A DNA stretch of 64,000 nucleotides from assembly GCF_021869535.1 (NCBI RefSeq), contig NW_026262734.1:65782001-65846000 (forward strand), read 5' to 3'. The position numbers and the translations under genes are program-made. This stretch comes from Mytilus californianus (lineage: Eukaryota). A model generated the notes under the pieces. It saw only the letters and a program-made list of their open reading frames with translations, ran no database searches and was not told the origin of the DNA. Below, one piece after another: positions 1-12,327 of the stretch (position 1 is its first letter; each line of letters begins with the position of its first letter).

Positions 1-619
1 CTAAATGCAGTGTCACTTTGCTCTTGAGGTCAAGATTTTTATTTTCATTAGCTACAAAAATAAGAAACTATTCTGTGTATAAAGGTAGGTAAAATACATT
101 TATTTTTCAAAGTGTTTTATTCAAATTTAATGTAAAAACTACGAACATACATTTTTTTTAAATCAGTTTTGTGAGGATTCTTACAATGCATGCAATGTGT
201 TTCACATACCTTCTCGAAATCAACAATATATAACTTTGTAAAATGGCAGATTGTTGATAGTCTCTGTTTAATTTATTAACACCTTTTTTCAGAATCTTGG
301 TGACATACAAATGTAGTGCTTGACCATGTTTACCTATTGTGTAGACACCAGTCTTTTTCTGAAGAATCCTTGTTTGTGAACCTGTAGAGGTTTGGTTTGT
401 TATGTGTTGTTGGATTGCTGTCTCATTGACCTTTACTTAAAAAAATTTATTCATACTTACAAGTAAAAGCATTCCAGACATGTCTGAGTAAATATACAAC
501 AGTCAGGGGAATTACTTAAAGGAGTAATTTCTTCAATTACTTATTCAAGTAACATTTTGTCCAGAAATGTTACAAGTAAGAGTTGTCTTTCTTTAACAGT
601 CAGGGATATAACTCTATAG

Positions 620-3600
620 GGTTATTACAGAAAATAACTTGCATGTGTTATTACAGATACTTTTATGAGTTGTCTACTCTTTAATCTTTAAATTTACTAA
701 ATCTGTAATAACATATGTTTGTTATTTGTAAAATAAATCATAAATATTTTTATTTTGAGTGGGCTCTAGGGAACTCTTGAAACTTTGCACAGAAACTAAA
801 TGCATAGCCTTGATAACTAACTATTAATTTAGATTAATACATTTTTCATTAACCATGGTAAATCAATGAGACAAGGCTTTTAAGTGATTAACTAAGCTGT
901 AATAACAAGGCTTAGTTATTAAAGGCATGTAACTTATTAAATGAGACACTTGGGAATTACTGGGAAGCTTGCGCAGAACCTCATTACATGCTCTGATCAT
1001 TACTTCTTACAATAAATTAAAATACATTGTAATTGAGCATGATCTATGTCTGAGCAAATGCTTTGAAGTGATGTAGAGAAGCTATAATAACACCCTTTAG
1101 TTATTACAGGCATATTTGTTCTGTAATAACATAGGTGTGATATGCATGATTGGCAAACTATGAACTGTTATATCTTTCTATAGTTAAGTATACGTAAAGA
1201 CAATAGCAATATCAATAGAACTTGTATACATTTTAACAAAACTAATGATGTATATTGTCCCTTTGAAACATGTAACATACATATGTTATCACAGTTCTTT
1301 GATTTTTTTGTCCACAATAACAAGCATATGTTTTTTTTCTCTAATAACCCTATAGAGTTATATCCTTGACTGTTTAATAACTGCCAATTTAAGTAGTACA
1401 AATAAATCACTAAACTTAGTGATTCGATCTTACTGTAGCTTTAAATTTATAATCTGATGATATTACTGATCCTGGGACTAATTATGATGCTAAAATTATC
1501 AGGTGCAACATGTGTGTTCAGAGGAGGATTTAGAGGGTTTTCCAGGGGGCCCGGGACCCCCTCTTTTGTGGGAAAAATTTGGTCAATTATATAGGGAATC
1601 ACTGAAGCGTGACTGGAGCGGGCCCCCTCTTAGGCAGTCAGTGGACCCCCCCCCCCCCCCCTTATGAAAATTTCTAGATCTGCCACTGGTGTTTATAGGA
1701 TGACCAGTCATGTCACATGATGACCCTGTACTAAATGTGGGATAATAACATGAAAATCACTTGTTTAAGTATCATACCTCTATTTTCTTCCAAAATATTA
1801 CTTCTTTTAGTATTATTTTTTTAATTAGCCCCCACTCTTTTCAACAACTATGAACACTCAAATTTTGGTTGCGACCATCAAAATTTTATTACATAATCTG
1901 TAAGCTGAAACCTAATTTTACAGGAAAAATACGTCCACTGCTGGGGAAAATCTGTTAATTTAAAAAAAAGTATAAGATCATTATGTATATAGCATTTTTG
2001 TCAACTAATTTAAAATTTACTGATAAATGATTGCTTCAAAGGCATAAATAAACCTGCTACTTTAAAGAAGCAAATAGGTCCTTTTTTTCTATTTTAACTA
2101 ATAATTCGAAATATTCTAAACCTGCATGTTTAAAATTTTGATAAAACTACAAAATCACAGAATTTCTAATTTGCTACTTGAATGAGCTCGAGTGATTTAA
2201 AAATCGCTTATTTCAGTAGTTCCCCTGACTGAACAAATGTAGCACACTTACCTGTAGGATGATTCATTGGCATTCTTGTATTCCTGAAAATTAAACACAT
2301 ACATTTAAAATGGTAAAATTTTTCATATGAAAAATTTGATGACATAAATGTACATGCATTGGATTTATAAGCAGCAGTATTTTGACTATATGTTGTCAAT
2401 TTTACATTGAATTTCTGTTGAAAATAAAGATCTATGGAAATTTAAATTAGATTACAATGCCTTTCCTACTATATAACATTTTTTTCATCTATGTAGCTTT
2501 TTTTTGTTGTTTTTGCAATAAAATCATGTACATGTAATGAAGTTGAACATTTTATGTAATGTTAAAACATTTTGAAGAATTCCTGAACACCAACAACGAC
2601 AAAGGGAAAATGAAATTAGGAGAAAAAAAACATTAGTTCTACTACTAAATGATATATATACATGTACATGTAGTACTTGCATTCAATCAAGATTAATACA
2701 TATTTTTTTAAGGAAGGCAACTTTTTTATGTTTGGATTTGAATGTTTTTACCTCACATATCAAAACTATAACATGCATAATACAAAACTACATACAGAAC
2801 AACTCAATAACTGCATGAACTGAATAAATACCTCTGATAAAAAACATCAACTTACGGCAGAAGGTTATTTACAATATTGATTTATAGCTTGACATACAAA
2901 AATGTACATGTATTATATAGTCAATTAGTCAATGGAAATCATAATGTGTTTAGGAAACGTTTTTAATATAAAATAAGTAAAGAATAATTATAAGATAAAC
3001 AAAAGACAAGAAAGATGCATGTTGTATGTTCACGCAATGTGTTCACTGTTCAGACATGTCAGAGTTGTTGAAACCTCTTTTTAGTTTCCATATATCCTTT
3101 TGATTTTTGTGGTCATCAATATGCTTATCATTAGATACAGTCAGAACTAACAGGTCTACTCTACTAAATATTGACAAATCTTAGAGGAACAGATTTCATC
3201 ATTTTTAATATGTTTAACATGCTGAACAAATCTAAACTCCAAAATTTAAATGTTTATCCATGAACATGCATGACATTTACAAACCTAGAGTCAATACAAA
3301 ATCTGTAAATTCAGAGATATGTCATATGGCTTGCTGTTCGGTGTGAGCCAAGGCTCCATGTTGAAGGCCGTACTTTGACCTATAATGGTTTATACTTTTA
3401 CAAATTGTGACTTGGATGGAGAGTTGTCTCATTTGCACTCATACCACATCTTCTTATATCTATCTACTGTCTGCAGAATATTAGTAAAAAAAAACAATCT
3501 GATGGACAGCAACATTGCAACCATTCAAAGTTGCTGGACCATGATCTAGGGAGCAGGGCTTTGAAATACAATGTAGTTGTCACACTATTATGTCCTGATA

Positions 3601-4599
3601 CTAATGCAACTTTATAGAAAACATCAGTGATCTATCACAAGTAGTTCCTATCAAACTATCTTAAGCAGAAAACAACATTGAAAATTGCTTATTAATTGAA
3701 AAGTCACAGGACCTTGAACTACATGTGTAGGTGATAGGGCCTTGAAGTAGCCATCAAACTGATATGTACGTCATGTACTGATAGTAATATAATGCAACCT
3801 TATCAGCCAAGGGTATCACTTAAATAAGTTATTCAGAGAAAATAACATCCATGTGCATGATGTGTTATTACAGATGCTTTCATGAGTTGTCTACTGTGTA
3901 TTCATAAAATGTTCTTAATCTATAGTAACATATGTTTGCAATTGTTATCTGTTAAAACAAATCTTAAATATTTGACTTTTTATTGGGAACTTGGGAATTC
4001 TTGAAACTTTGCGCAGAAACTTAATACATAGACTCATGAGACTGGATAACTCATTTTCCAATTAAATTAAATCATATTTGATCAACCGTGGTAAATCAAT
4101 GAGACAAGGCTTTTAATTGATAAACTTAGCTGTATTAATTAAAAAGCTTAGTTTTTACAGGCAAATAATTCAGAATGGGACACTTGTGAATTACTTGGAA
4201 GCTTGCACATTACATGCATGTACCTCATTTTATGCTCTGATTATTATTTATTCCAATAAATTAAAATACATTGTGATTAAGCATGATAGATGTCTGAGCA
4301 AAGGCTTTGAGGTGATATAGAGTAGCTGTAATAACACCCTTTAGTTAAACAGGTATATTTTTTTCTGTAATAACACAGATGTTATATGTATGATTGGCAA
4401 ACTATATTAGTGTTCATATAGACAATAATAATATCAATAGAACTTGTATACATTTTAATAAAACAAAGGATGCATGCTGCCATTTTGAAACATGTAACAT
4501 ACATATGTTATCCCAGTTTTGGGATTTTTTTAGTCAACAATAACAAATGTATGTTATTTTTCTCTAATAACTTATTTAAGTTATACCCTTGACTGTTTA
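620..4599 (+). repeat. Diverged direct duplication (620-1375 and 3826-4599)
   Basis: Colinear blocks, e.g. ttattacagata/gc..atgagttgtctact, gaaactttgc..agaaact, gcatgat..tgtctgagcaaa and ccttgactgttta. Confidence 0.8.
1519..1688. mobile_element. MITE with CAG..CTG termini and 5-bp TSD GTGTT
   Basis: Imperfect TIR cagaggaggatttag / ctagatctgccactg. GTGTT occurs at 1514-1518 and 1689-1693. Confidence 0.65.
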
Positions 4600-4647
4600 T
4601 AGAAAATATCATTGATCAATCAAGTAGTTCCTATCAAACTGACTTAA

Positions 4648-5040
4648 GTATGTACTTAGGTGAGGTTTAGGAATTTTTGTCAGATGTTCAGACTCCTTGG
4701 TTTTTTTCCTACGATACAGGGTAAAATATTTTGCCCCATAACACCCAGTTTTCTTTTTATATAAGATTTCAATAGCTCATAAAAGGTCATTTACCAAAAT
4801 TTAAGCAGATTCTAGATTTCTTTTCTTTCGATTTGAGACCCAAATTACACCAATGCAAATATAAGGTAAAAGTCCGAGTCAGCCTTTTCCTGCCATTTTA
4901 AAAAAATCAAATATCTCGAAAAGGAGCTCCATAACCTATCAATATTTTTAGCTTATTTTGTTCCTTAACTAATGTTCTTCTGACTTATAGTATCAACTCT
5001 AAATTCAATTTTTTTTTAATTTCACCTAGTCAGTACATAC
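4648..5040. mobile_element. MITE inserted into a duplicated segment
   Basis: TIR gtatgtact(t)aggtga / tcacctagtcagtacatac. A paralogous empty site is at about 3640-3672 (caaactatcttaagcagaaaac). The TSD is not clean. Confidence 0.55.
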
Positions 5041-5943
5041 ATCTTTAAGTAGAAAACTTAACAATTGTTGATGCATCCTCCTCTGCCATTGCCAGTCAAG
5101 CACTTGTAACAGTAACCTATGTAATTACATGTCACTACATAATACCTTCAGCAATGAGCATAACACCCATATCATATAGTAAGATAATATGAGGTAGGTT
5201 TGACCTCATGATCTCCTGAACATGCTGAATGTTATTGTTATTGTTTTAATTTAACAGCTTAATTAAATCAGGCCACTGGTTTTCTCTTTGAATTCTTACA
5301 CATTTAGTATAAAAAAAATTCCTGCAGAATGGAAAAATTGTAAAAAATGTGTCTTGCATTTGGTCAGGTAAATGGCAACAAGGCAATACTTGTCTGAAGA
5401 ACCAAATTTGTCCGACATGTCAGGCATATAAATTTGGGACCTCTAGTTACAAATGTAACATATCGGTTAAGTGTAAGACAATAATGAATATTCAAGAAAA
5501 ACTGACCGAAAGTAAACATCAGTATGTTGATTTTTTTTCTTGGGTACAAGTCAAATTGGCACCTATAGGAAAAGTCAAATCAGTACCGGGTCAATAATAT
5601 TTTTCATTTTTTTCTGCTTTATAATTATTTAAACAAAAATTGGGGGTTGGATCTTACTTGGTTCAGTTCATGTTAAAACTCTTCACATGTTATGAAGCGA
5701 TTTGAATACATAAGTTAACTGTTTGAAGTTGTTAATTTAATCACTCTATAGAACAATGTAGAAGGATAATCACTCTATACAGGTATTATCACCATATAGG
5801 GTGTTTGTTCCCAATCTGTTCTGAGTGTTCAACATATAATTCACATGGGTGCAGAAATAACTACATCGGGTGCCGATTTAACCAGGTGCCGAAGTAACTA
5901 GAAATTAGTAGAATTCTTTTTCTTTAACCTAACAAGAAATAGA

Positions 5944-6628
5944 CAGGTCAGGAATAACCACCAATTGGTGGATTATACCTCAATTGATGTATAATCCACC
6001 AATTGACATATAATGGTATAGACCAATTGACGTATAATTCTTTGTTTTTCAAAGCAAATTATTCAACCAAAATGGAGCATTATTTTCGTAAAACCATATT
6101 ATTGTATGAAAACATGTCAAACATTACTAGTTTAGTATAGTGACATAACCTATTGCATTTAATCAATAAATGTATTTGCAGTTTCTTCTATTGTTATCTT
6201 GTCAATTATTGATTGGCAAATTTACCACTAATCACCGATCAATGGACATCAATACTGTCTGCAGTCATGTGATTATGAGTACAACTCCACAGGTGAATGG
6301 AGCTCTTTGTTAATACTTGACTTTCATTATTAAAAGTCAATCATGTTGTCAATAATGGTCAATAGTACAGATGTTTCAACAAAAGAATTGTTGTACACAT
6401 GCATTCTCAAGAGATGCAGCAGGCTTTGACAAAACTGAAACTTTCGGAGGACTCAATAATGGTCATAAAATAGGTTGTAAGTTGCAAAATGATGCTCCTA
6501 TCTCACACTGGCATTTTAAAACAAAAAACTTGCATTATACGTCAATTGGTCTATACCAATATATGTCAATTGGTGGATTATACGTCAATTGAGGTATAAT
6601 CCATCAATTGGTGGTTATTCCTGGCCTG
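5944..6628. mobile_element. MITE with 95-bp TIRs and 5-bp TSD ATAGA (hAT-like CA..TG termini)
   Basis: 5944-6038 against the reverse complement of 6534-6628 gives 4 mismatches by eye. ATAGA occurs at 5939-5943 and 6629-6633. Confidence 0.85.
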
Positions 6629-7073
6629 ATAGAGAAGCACTTGTTCTGTAGACCAGTACAACTGCTATTTGAATATTTCATAAGTTAACATTTTTTAGGG
6701 GGAAAAAATATACCTATTATCACCCATAATCTATCATTTATGATTGTATCAGGCTATAATCAGCTACATTTGTACATGCAAATGACGTTAGATGTTGACA
6801 GAAGTTTCGATTATTTTTGTTTCCTGTAAACATTATTGTGACCAAGAATTTTTAGTCTTCGATCAGTTTGTTACTTAAAGGGATTATTTGAAAGTGACCA
6901 AATCCCCACAAAACAATTTTCAACAACAACGCTTCACCATGTATTAATGAAACGGCCAAGCTTATCTGATTATATTTTCGCTTAGTCTCATTGTACAGCG
7001 TTGTGAGAGGAACCTTAATCATATACTTAATTAATTCTAATGATACCGTTATTAATTTATTTCTGTTGATTAG

Positions 7074-7079
7074 CACGTG
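7074..7079. promoter_or_regulatory. E-box CACGTG about 150 bp upstream of the LRRC47 ATG
   Basis: Motif and position only; the TSS is unknown. Confidence 0.25.
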
Positions 7080-7230
7080 ATTGTAGTCGTTTGCTATCGC
7101 ACCAGTTTAAGTTTGGGATTTGGTTGCATCGTTTTTAGTTTCAATGCGAAACAATCTGGTTATATCTAACAATATTTGTAAATGGAAGAGACAAGTCGGA
7201 TAATATTTGATTCCGGTCGTACATGCAATC

Positions 7231-8214
7231 ATGACTTCCACATGGAACGAAATTACAGTTGCTATCAAAGAAAATAGACATGAACTGAAATTGCAAGGGC
7301 CTACCATATCAAGTTATCTTGAGGCAAATGGTGTAGACTCTAGGCTGTACCAATTAACAAACCTAAACTACCTTGATTTTTCAAATACACGCCTAACTGA
7401 ACTCTCTGATGACATAGGATCCCTTGTCAATTTGACCAATTTAGTTTTAGACCACAACAAGCTAACTAGACTTCCTGAAACCATTTCAAAATTGAAGAAA
7501 TTGAAATGTTTCGATGTTTCAAATAACCAGTTGGAATCAATTCCGGAGAGTATCTCTGGGTTAACTGAGCTTCATACCTTGAATTGCAGCTTGAATAGAA
7601 TTGGCACATTTCCATCGATTGAAAAGATGACATCGGTCCATGTGCTTATCATTTCAAACAATAATTTAACATCACTACCTGAGGGAATATATAGTGAAGA
7701 GTTGTCTCATCTTAGTCAAATACAGGCCAGCGACAACCAGATTGAAGAAATTCAGTCCGAAATTTCAGACTTGCCTCACCTGAACTTGTTGGACTTGTCT
7801 AACAATAAGCTATCCACCGTACCTGCTGAACTAAGTGCCTGTCCAAAGTTGAAAGAATTGAATTTGAAAGGAAATAAATTTAAAGATAGGCGATTTGGCA
7901 AATTGGTTGAACAGTGTCCGACAAAATCTGTTTTAGATTATCTAGCAAATGTTTTGAAGAAAGAGCAGGAAGCATCTGGCAAAAAAGATAAAAAACAAAA
8001 AGACAAAAAGAAGAGAGGGAAGAAAGCTAATAAAGATGTAGAAGAGGTTGTTAAAGATATGATAAATATCTTGCATTTCCAAGAAGATGAAGGTTACACT
8101 GTACAAGTGACGCCAGCAGTCCTGTCAGTCCGTCAATATGTATTATGTTGTATAGTAAGGCAGCTGTACCTCAAGAAGTCTAATATGATCTACAAACATT
8201 TCATAACACTTCAG
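7231..8214 (+). CDS. LRRC47: LRRC47 exon 1 (328 codons: all leucine-rich repeats, Lys-rich linker, start of B3/B4-like domain)
   Basis: The ORF track 7207..8235 shows repeated LxxLxLxxNxL motifs. The first ATG is at 7231 (MTSTWNEI..RHELKLQGP, resembling the LRRC47 N-terminus). The donor CAG|GTATAT is at 8214/8215, phase 0. Confidence 0.92.
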
Positions 8215-9082
8215 GTATATTTATTGCCTCAATAAGGAAAAGAACTAGAAAATATTAGTTTGTTAAAAAAGACTTAAATATTCAATTATCTCTGTTTTGG
8301 GTTTAAAAAAAGACTTAGCAACGTATATTTTAATAACATAACTTGTATATATATATTAACATGTATGTGTATAAAAAATTTAAAGAAAAGATACATATTT
8401 AGAAAACACAACATCTAGTGTCTAGTATGATAAACATGCCTGACAGTCAAATGTAATTTTTAATCATTTATATACATACACTGTAAAGGTAATTCTATAC
8501 ATGCTATAAGAAAATATAAGTATTACTCACAATTTTTGTTTTTAAATTACAATAGATTTGTTTGTTTCCATTGATTGTCTACCTTCTAGACTTCTACATG
8601 TTCAAAATTTTGAAGGAACATTACTTGCATCATTTAAATTTAACATACAAAACTGTTGAAAATAAACATGATAAGGTTAAGTTTTATATTTAACATTTTT
8701 ACAAAATCTGAAATTAAATCTGATTAGCTGGGAACATGGGGAAAGAGTGGACTTTCCACATTGGACAGGAAGAAATTACAAAATTTATGTGAAGTGTAGT
8801 GACCATACAAACTCCAAGTACCATACTCTCAAGGTGACTCAGTTTAAAATCACTCTTTCACTGAGACTGAATGCTGGTGATTTTGATCCGGAGGGCTAAT
8901 TCTGAAATATCTCTTTCTATCATGTCTTTATCATGTTTATTCTACACATATATCATGTATATAACAGGGTCCTAATTCAAGGTGGTTTTGACCTCCAATG
9001 ATATGTTATCATCCTGTTTCAAAGTGAACTACTCAATAAGAGTGATTTTTCGATGAATCACCTTAGATGAACTGCATACAGC

Positions 9083-9266
9083 AAAAACTGCACAAATACA
9101 GTCAAAAAACTGCACAAATACAGTCAAAAAACTGCACAAATACAGCCAAAAAACTGCACAAATACAGTCAAAAAACTGCACAAATACAGCCAAAAAACTG
9201 CACAAATACAGTCAAAAAACTGCACAAATACAGTCAAAAAACTGCACAAATACAGTCAAAAAACTG
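9083..9266 (+). repeat. 22-bp minisatellite (aaaaaactgcacaaatacagtc, about 8 copies) in LRRC47 intron 1
   Basis: Direct tandem units read from the sequence. Confidence 0.95.
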
Positions 9267-9466
9267 TGAAATAGATTAAAAAAATTAAATACAGAATAAA
9301 AACATCATGAATACACACCTATATCAAAGGACACAAAAGTATTGATATTACAAAAATTTCCAATTTTCACCAAGTTCAGAAATAATCTGTTACATGTAAA
9401 ATAAAATAAGATAAAATGATAAACATTAAATCATATGATAAATTGTGTTTTACATTTTTTATACAG

Positions 9467-9583
9467 ACAAAACTGCATGATGAGATATGTCAGAAGAGAC
9501 AAGCAGCTACCATTGCTACACACGATTTGAAGTCCATCAAGAAACCAGTAGTTTATGATGCCAAATTTCCACAAGCTCTAATG
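9467..9583 (+). CDS. LRRC47: LRRC47 exon 2 (TKLHDEICQKRQAATIATHDLKSIKKPVVYDAKFPQALM)
   Basis: Acceptor tttttatacag|, donor ATG|gtaaaa, 117 nt in frame. The peptide matches the LRRC47 TKLHxxxCxKRxAATxATH motif as recalled from the family. Confidence 0.92.
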
Positions 9584-10254
9584 GTAAAAAATAGAGATTT
9601 TAAGTACACCAATGAAATGTTTATTATTTAAAATGGTAGCTTCATTTTTTTAGAACCATGCACGTTTAAGCAAGATGAAAACAAACAATGCTTGATTGGT
9701 GATTTATATCTGGAGATCCTCAGATCAATAAAATGTTAATTACTATTTCTTTCCATTATTTTTTTTGAGGGGGTATGAATAGTACCATTATTATTGTAAT
9801 CAAATAAAAACAAATCGCAAAGTTCTTGAAAAGTGATAGTCCGAAGGTCCTGGCCACCAAATTTTGCAAAGAACCGACACAATTTTGATATTTGGTAATA
9901 AAAGTTTTTGTGAGGACCAGCAGATTTTCTTCAAGGACCACCAAGGAAAAAAATGATTTCGAGAAATCTGAAATCTTTTTTTAACATGTTTAATGATCAT
10001 TGTAATTTCTTTATATGTAATATTTATTAATGTATGATTCATCACAATTAATTTGCTCCTTGTGTGCACTATGATGAGCAAAATAAAGTATCTGTATAAA
10101 AAAAATCCTGCATTCTTTTATTTGAAGCTAATTTTTTACACAAAATGATCATGAAAATGCTTAAAGATTATACGACATATATATCATCCAAAAACAACGT
10201 CACATGATCACAATTACGGTAGTATACTGTTATTCAGGGATTTTTCTTTTAAAG

Positions 10255-10373
10255 ATCACTCCTTTATTTAAACAAAAAGAAGTGTCTGGTGAAAAGCTAG
10301 TGACAGATCTAAACAGAGAAGCAGAAGAGCAGAGGAAAGAAAAAAAGAGAAACACAGTGTCAGGCATACATAA
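10255..10373 (+). CDS. LRRC47: LRRC47 exon 3 (ITPLFKQKEVSGEKLVTDLNREAEEQRKEKKRNTVSGIH-K)
   Basis: Not in the ORF track; translated by hand. Acceptor ttttcttttaaag|, donor CATAA|gtaagg (phase 2). Matches the EAEEQRKxKKRxxVSGxH motif. Confidence 0.9.
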
Positions 10374-10435
10374 GTAAGGGCTTGTCAGGCATACATAAGT
10401 AAGGGCTTGTCAGGCATACATAAGTAAGGGCTTGT
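10358..10435 (+). repeat. 25-bp tandem triplication spanning the LRRC47 exon 3 donor
   Basis: tgtcaggcatacataagtaagggct begins at 10358, 10383 and 10408. Confidence 0.97.
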
Positions 10436-10469
10436 TCATAGTTTTGAAAGATCATTTAAATTATAACCA

Positions 10470-10860
10470 TTAAAATTGAGAATGGAAATGGGGAATATGT
10501 CAAAGAGACAACAACCCGACCAAAGAGCAGACAACAGCCGAAGGCCACCAATGGGTCTTCAATGCAGCGAGAAAATCCCGCACCCGGAGGTGGTCCTCAG
10601 CTGGCCCCTAAATAAAATTGTGTGCTAGTTCAGTGAAAATGGACGTCACACTAAACTCCAAAACATATAAATGAACTAAAATTAAAAAACATACTAGACT
10701 AACAAAGGCCAGAGGCTCCTGACTTGGGACAGGCGCAAAAATGCAGCGGGGTTAAACATGTTTTGAGAGATCTCAACCCTCCCCCTATACCTCTAGCCAA
10801 TGTATAATTAAGAAACACATAGCAATACACACAGTAAAACTCAGTTTAAAAGAAGTCAGA
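10470..10860 (-). repeat. Interspersed repeat family B (in LRRC47 intron 3)
   Basis: Near-identical reverse complement of 28670-29066. A further fragment is at 14870-14935. Confidence 0.9.
10708..10797 (-). ncRNA. Candidate twister ribozyme, P5-open permutation, intact core (repeat family B)
   Basis: Minus strand: GCTAGAGGT(P5) ATA GGGG(P2') GAGGG [TTGAGATCTCTCAAAACATGTT] T^AA CCCC(P2) GCT GCATTTTTGC(P3) G CCTG(P4) T CCC AAG T CAGG(P4') A GCCTCTGGC(P5'). All conserved twister core elements map in order. Canonical P1 is absent. Confidence 0.7.
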
Positions 10861-11496
10861 TTAGTAGTAATAATAAGATAAATTAAAAGTGCACACCTAT
10901 TAAATATGACTGTGTGATGTTAATTTTACATGCTTCAATTTAGATTTTATCTTTTGTATTGTCTTAATTGTCATAGATATCATTGTGCTATAAATAAATT
11001 CTACCACACCAACAAGTAAGTCATGTAGATCATAGGAAATTCATTCTCAGGATAGCGAAATTTTCAGACTTAATAATGCAAGGTTTAATGAGCATTTAAA
11101 CTTTTAAAATTTAACTATCAAGAATTGATAAATACTGTAATAAACAGGGTTATTCAACATGTGGTGTATCCAAATGGATTAAACTGGTCAAAACCATTTT
11201 AAATGCACACAATATTCAAGATGACACTATATTTTGCAAAAGAAAACCTTCGAATGGTATGGCAATTTTATTTCAGCATTTTTCTATAAAAAAAACTAGG
11301 CTATTGATATTTACCTCAATATAGCAAGACATCAGAAATAAAACTTACTCCTTTCTTTTATCCAGGATGATTCAAGATGCTTGGGAAGAATCCTTGATAT
11401 AAGTTCTAAAATAGTTCAACTGAGGAAAATATATATTTCCAAATAATGCCATAAGCACTAAATTTAAATTTCTACTCTTTTCTGATATACTGCTAA

Positions 11497-11664
<168 letters not shown>

Positions 11665-12327
11665 TGATTATTTTAGTCTATGCATTTATCTGACAACAAT
11701 TTTCTTTATATGGGAATCAACCTTTCCCACCCTGCCTTGCTTCGTTAAGAGTTTGTGATGCCCTTAGTTTTACATGTAAAATGAAAGTTAGAAAAAAGCA
11801 GTATGTTGATCAGTTCATGTTTATAAAACATAATGTAACTCATAGATGAGTAAAATATCTGGTAACATCTGACTTTCCAAAAGAATTCATCTCCTTATTG
11901 TTATATTGATTATGAAGTTGTGATTAAAAGGCAGTTCATAACCATATATTAATAACAGAGATTTTTTTGGACAATGGATCCAACAACTTGTTCATTTTAA
12001 CTGGTCTTACTTATTGCATTTGTCAGACGATTAGTTTTTTACTACAACAAAAACTAAAAAATGTTCACACATTAGAAATTCATCAGATTTCTCATACCCT
12101 GTATGCATGTCAACTCTCTTACAAATTAGTTTGTAGTGTGCACGACAATTAAGATGACATATCTCTTGATAAAACTAAAAAATATTTTTTTTACCATGGA
12201 TTCAATGTCATCAATTAGAAATTATGAAGTCATTTTGAATTTTATATTTTTGTTTGTTTTTTTGTCTTATTTATATTTACCCCACAGATCCTTTTATTTG
12301 GTAATTTTTTCAAAGGAAACACCAAGA

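Noticed and set aside
7207-7230. ORF-track start of LRRC47 at 7207 and its C-terminal VYLLPQ
   Set aside because: 7207 is a TTG, and family similarity begins at ATG 7231. The tail beyond 8214 is intron read-through.
9067-9279. Repetitive 70-aa ORF (and 16325..16507)
   Set aside because: These are translations of minisatellites.
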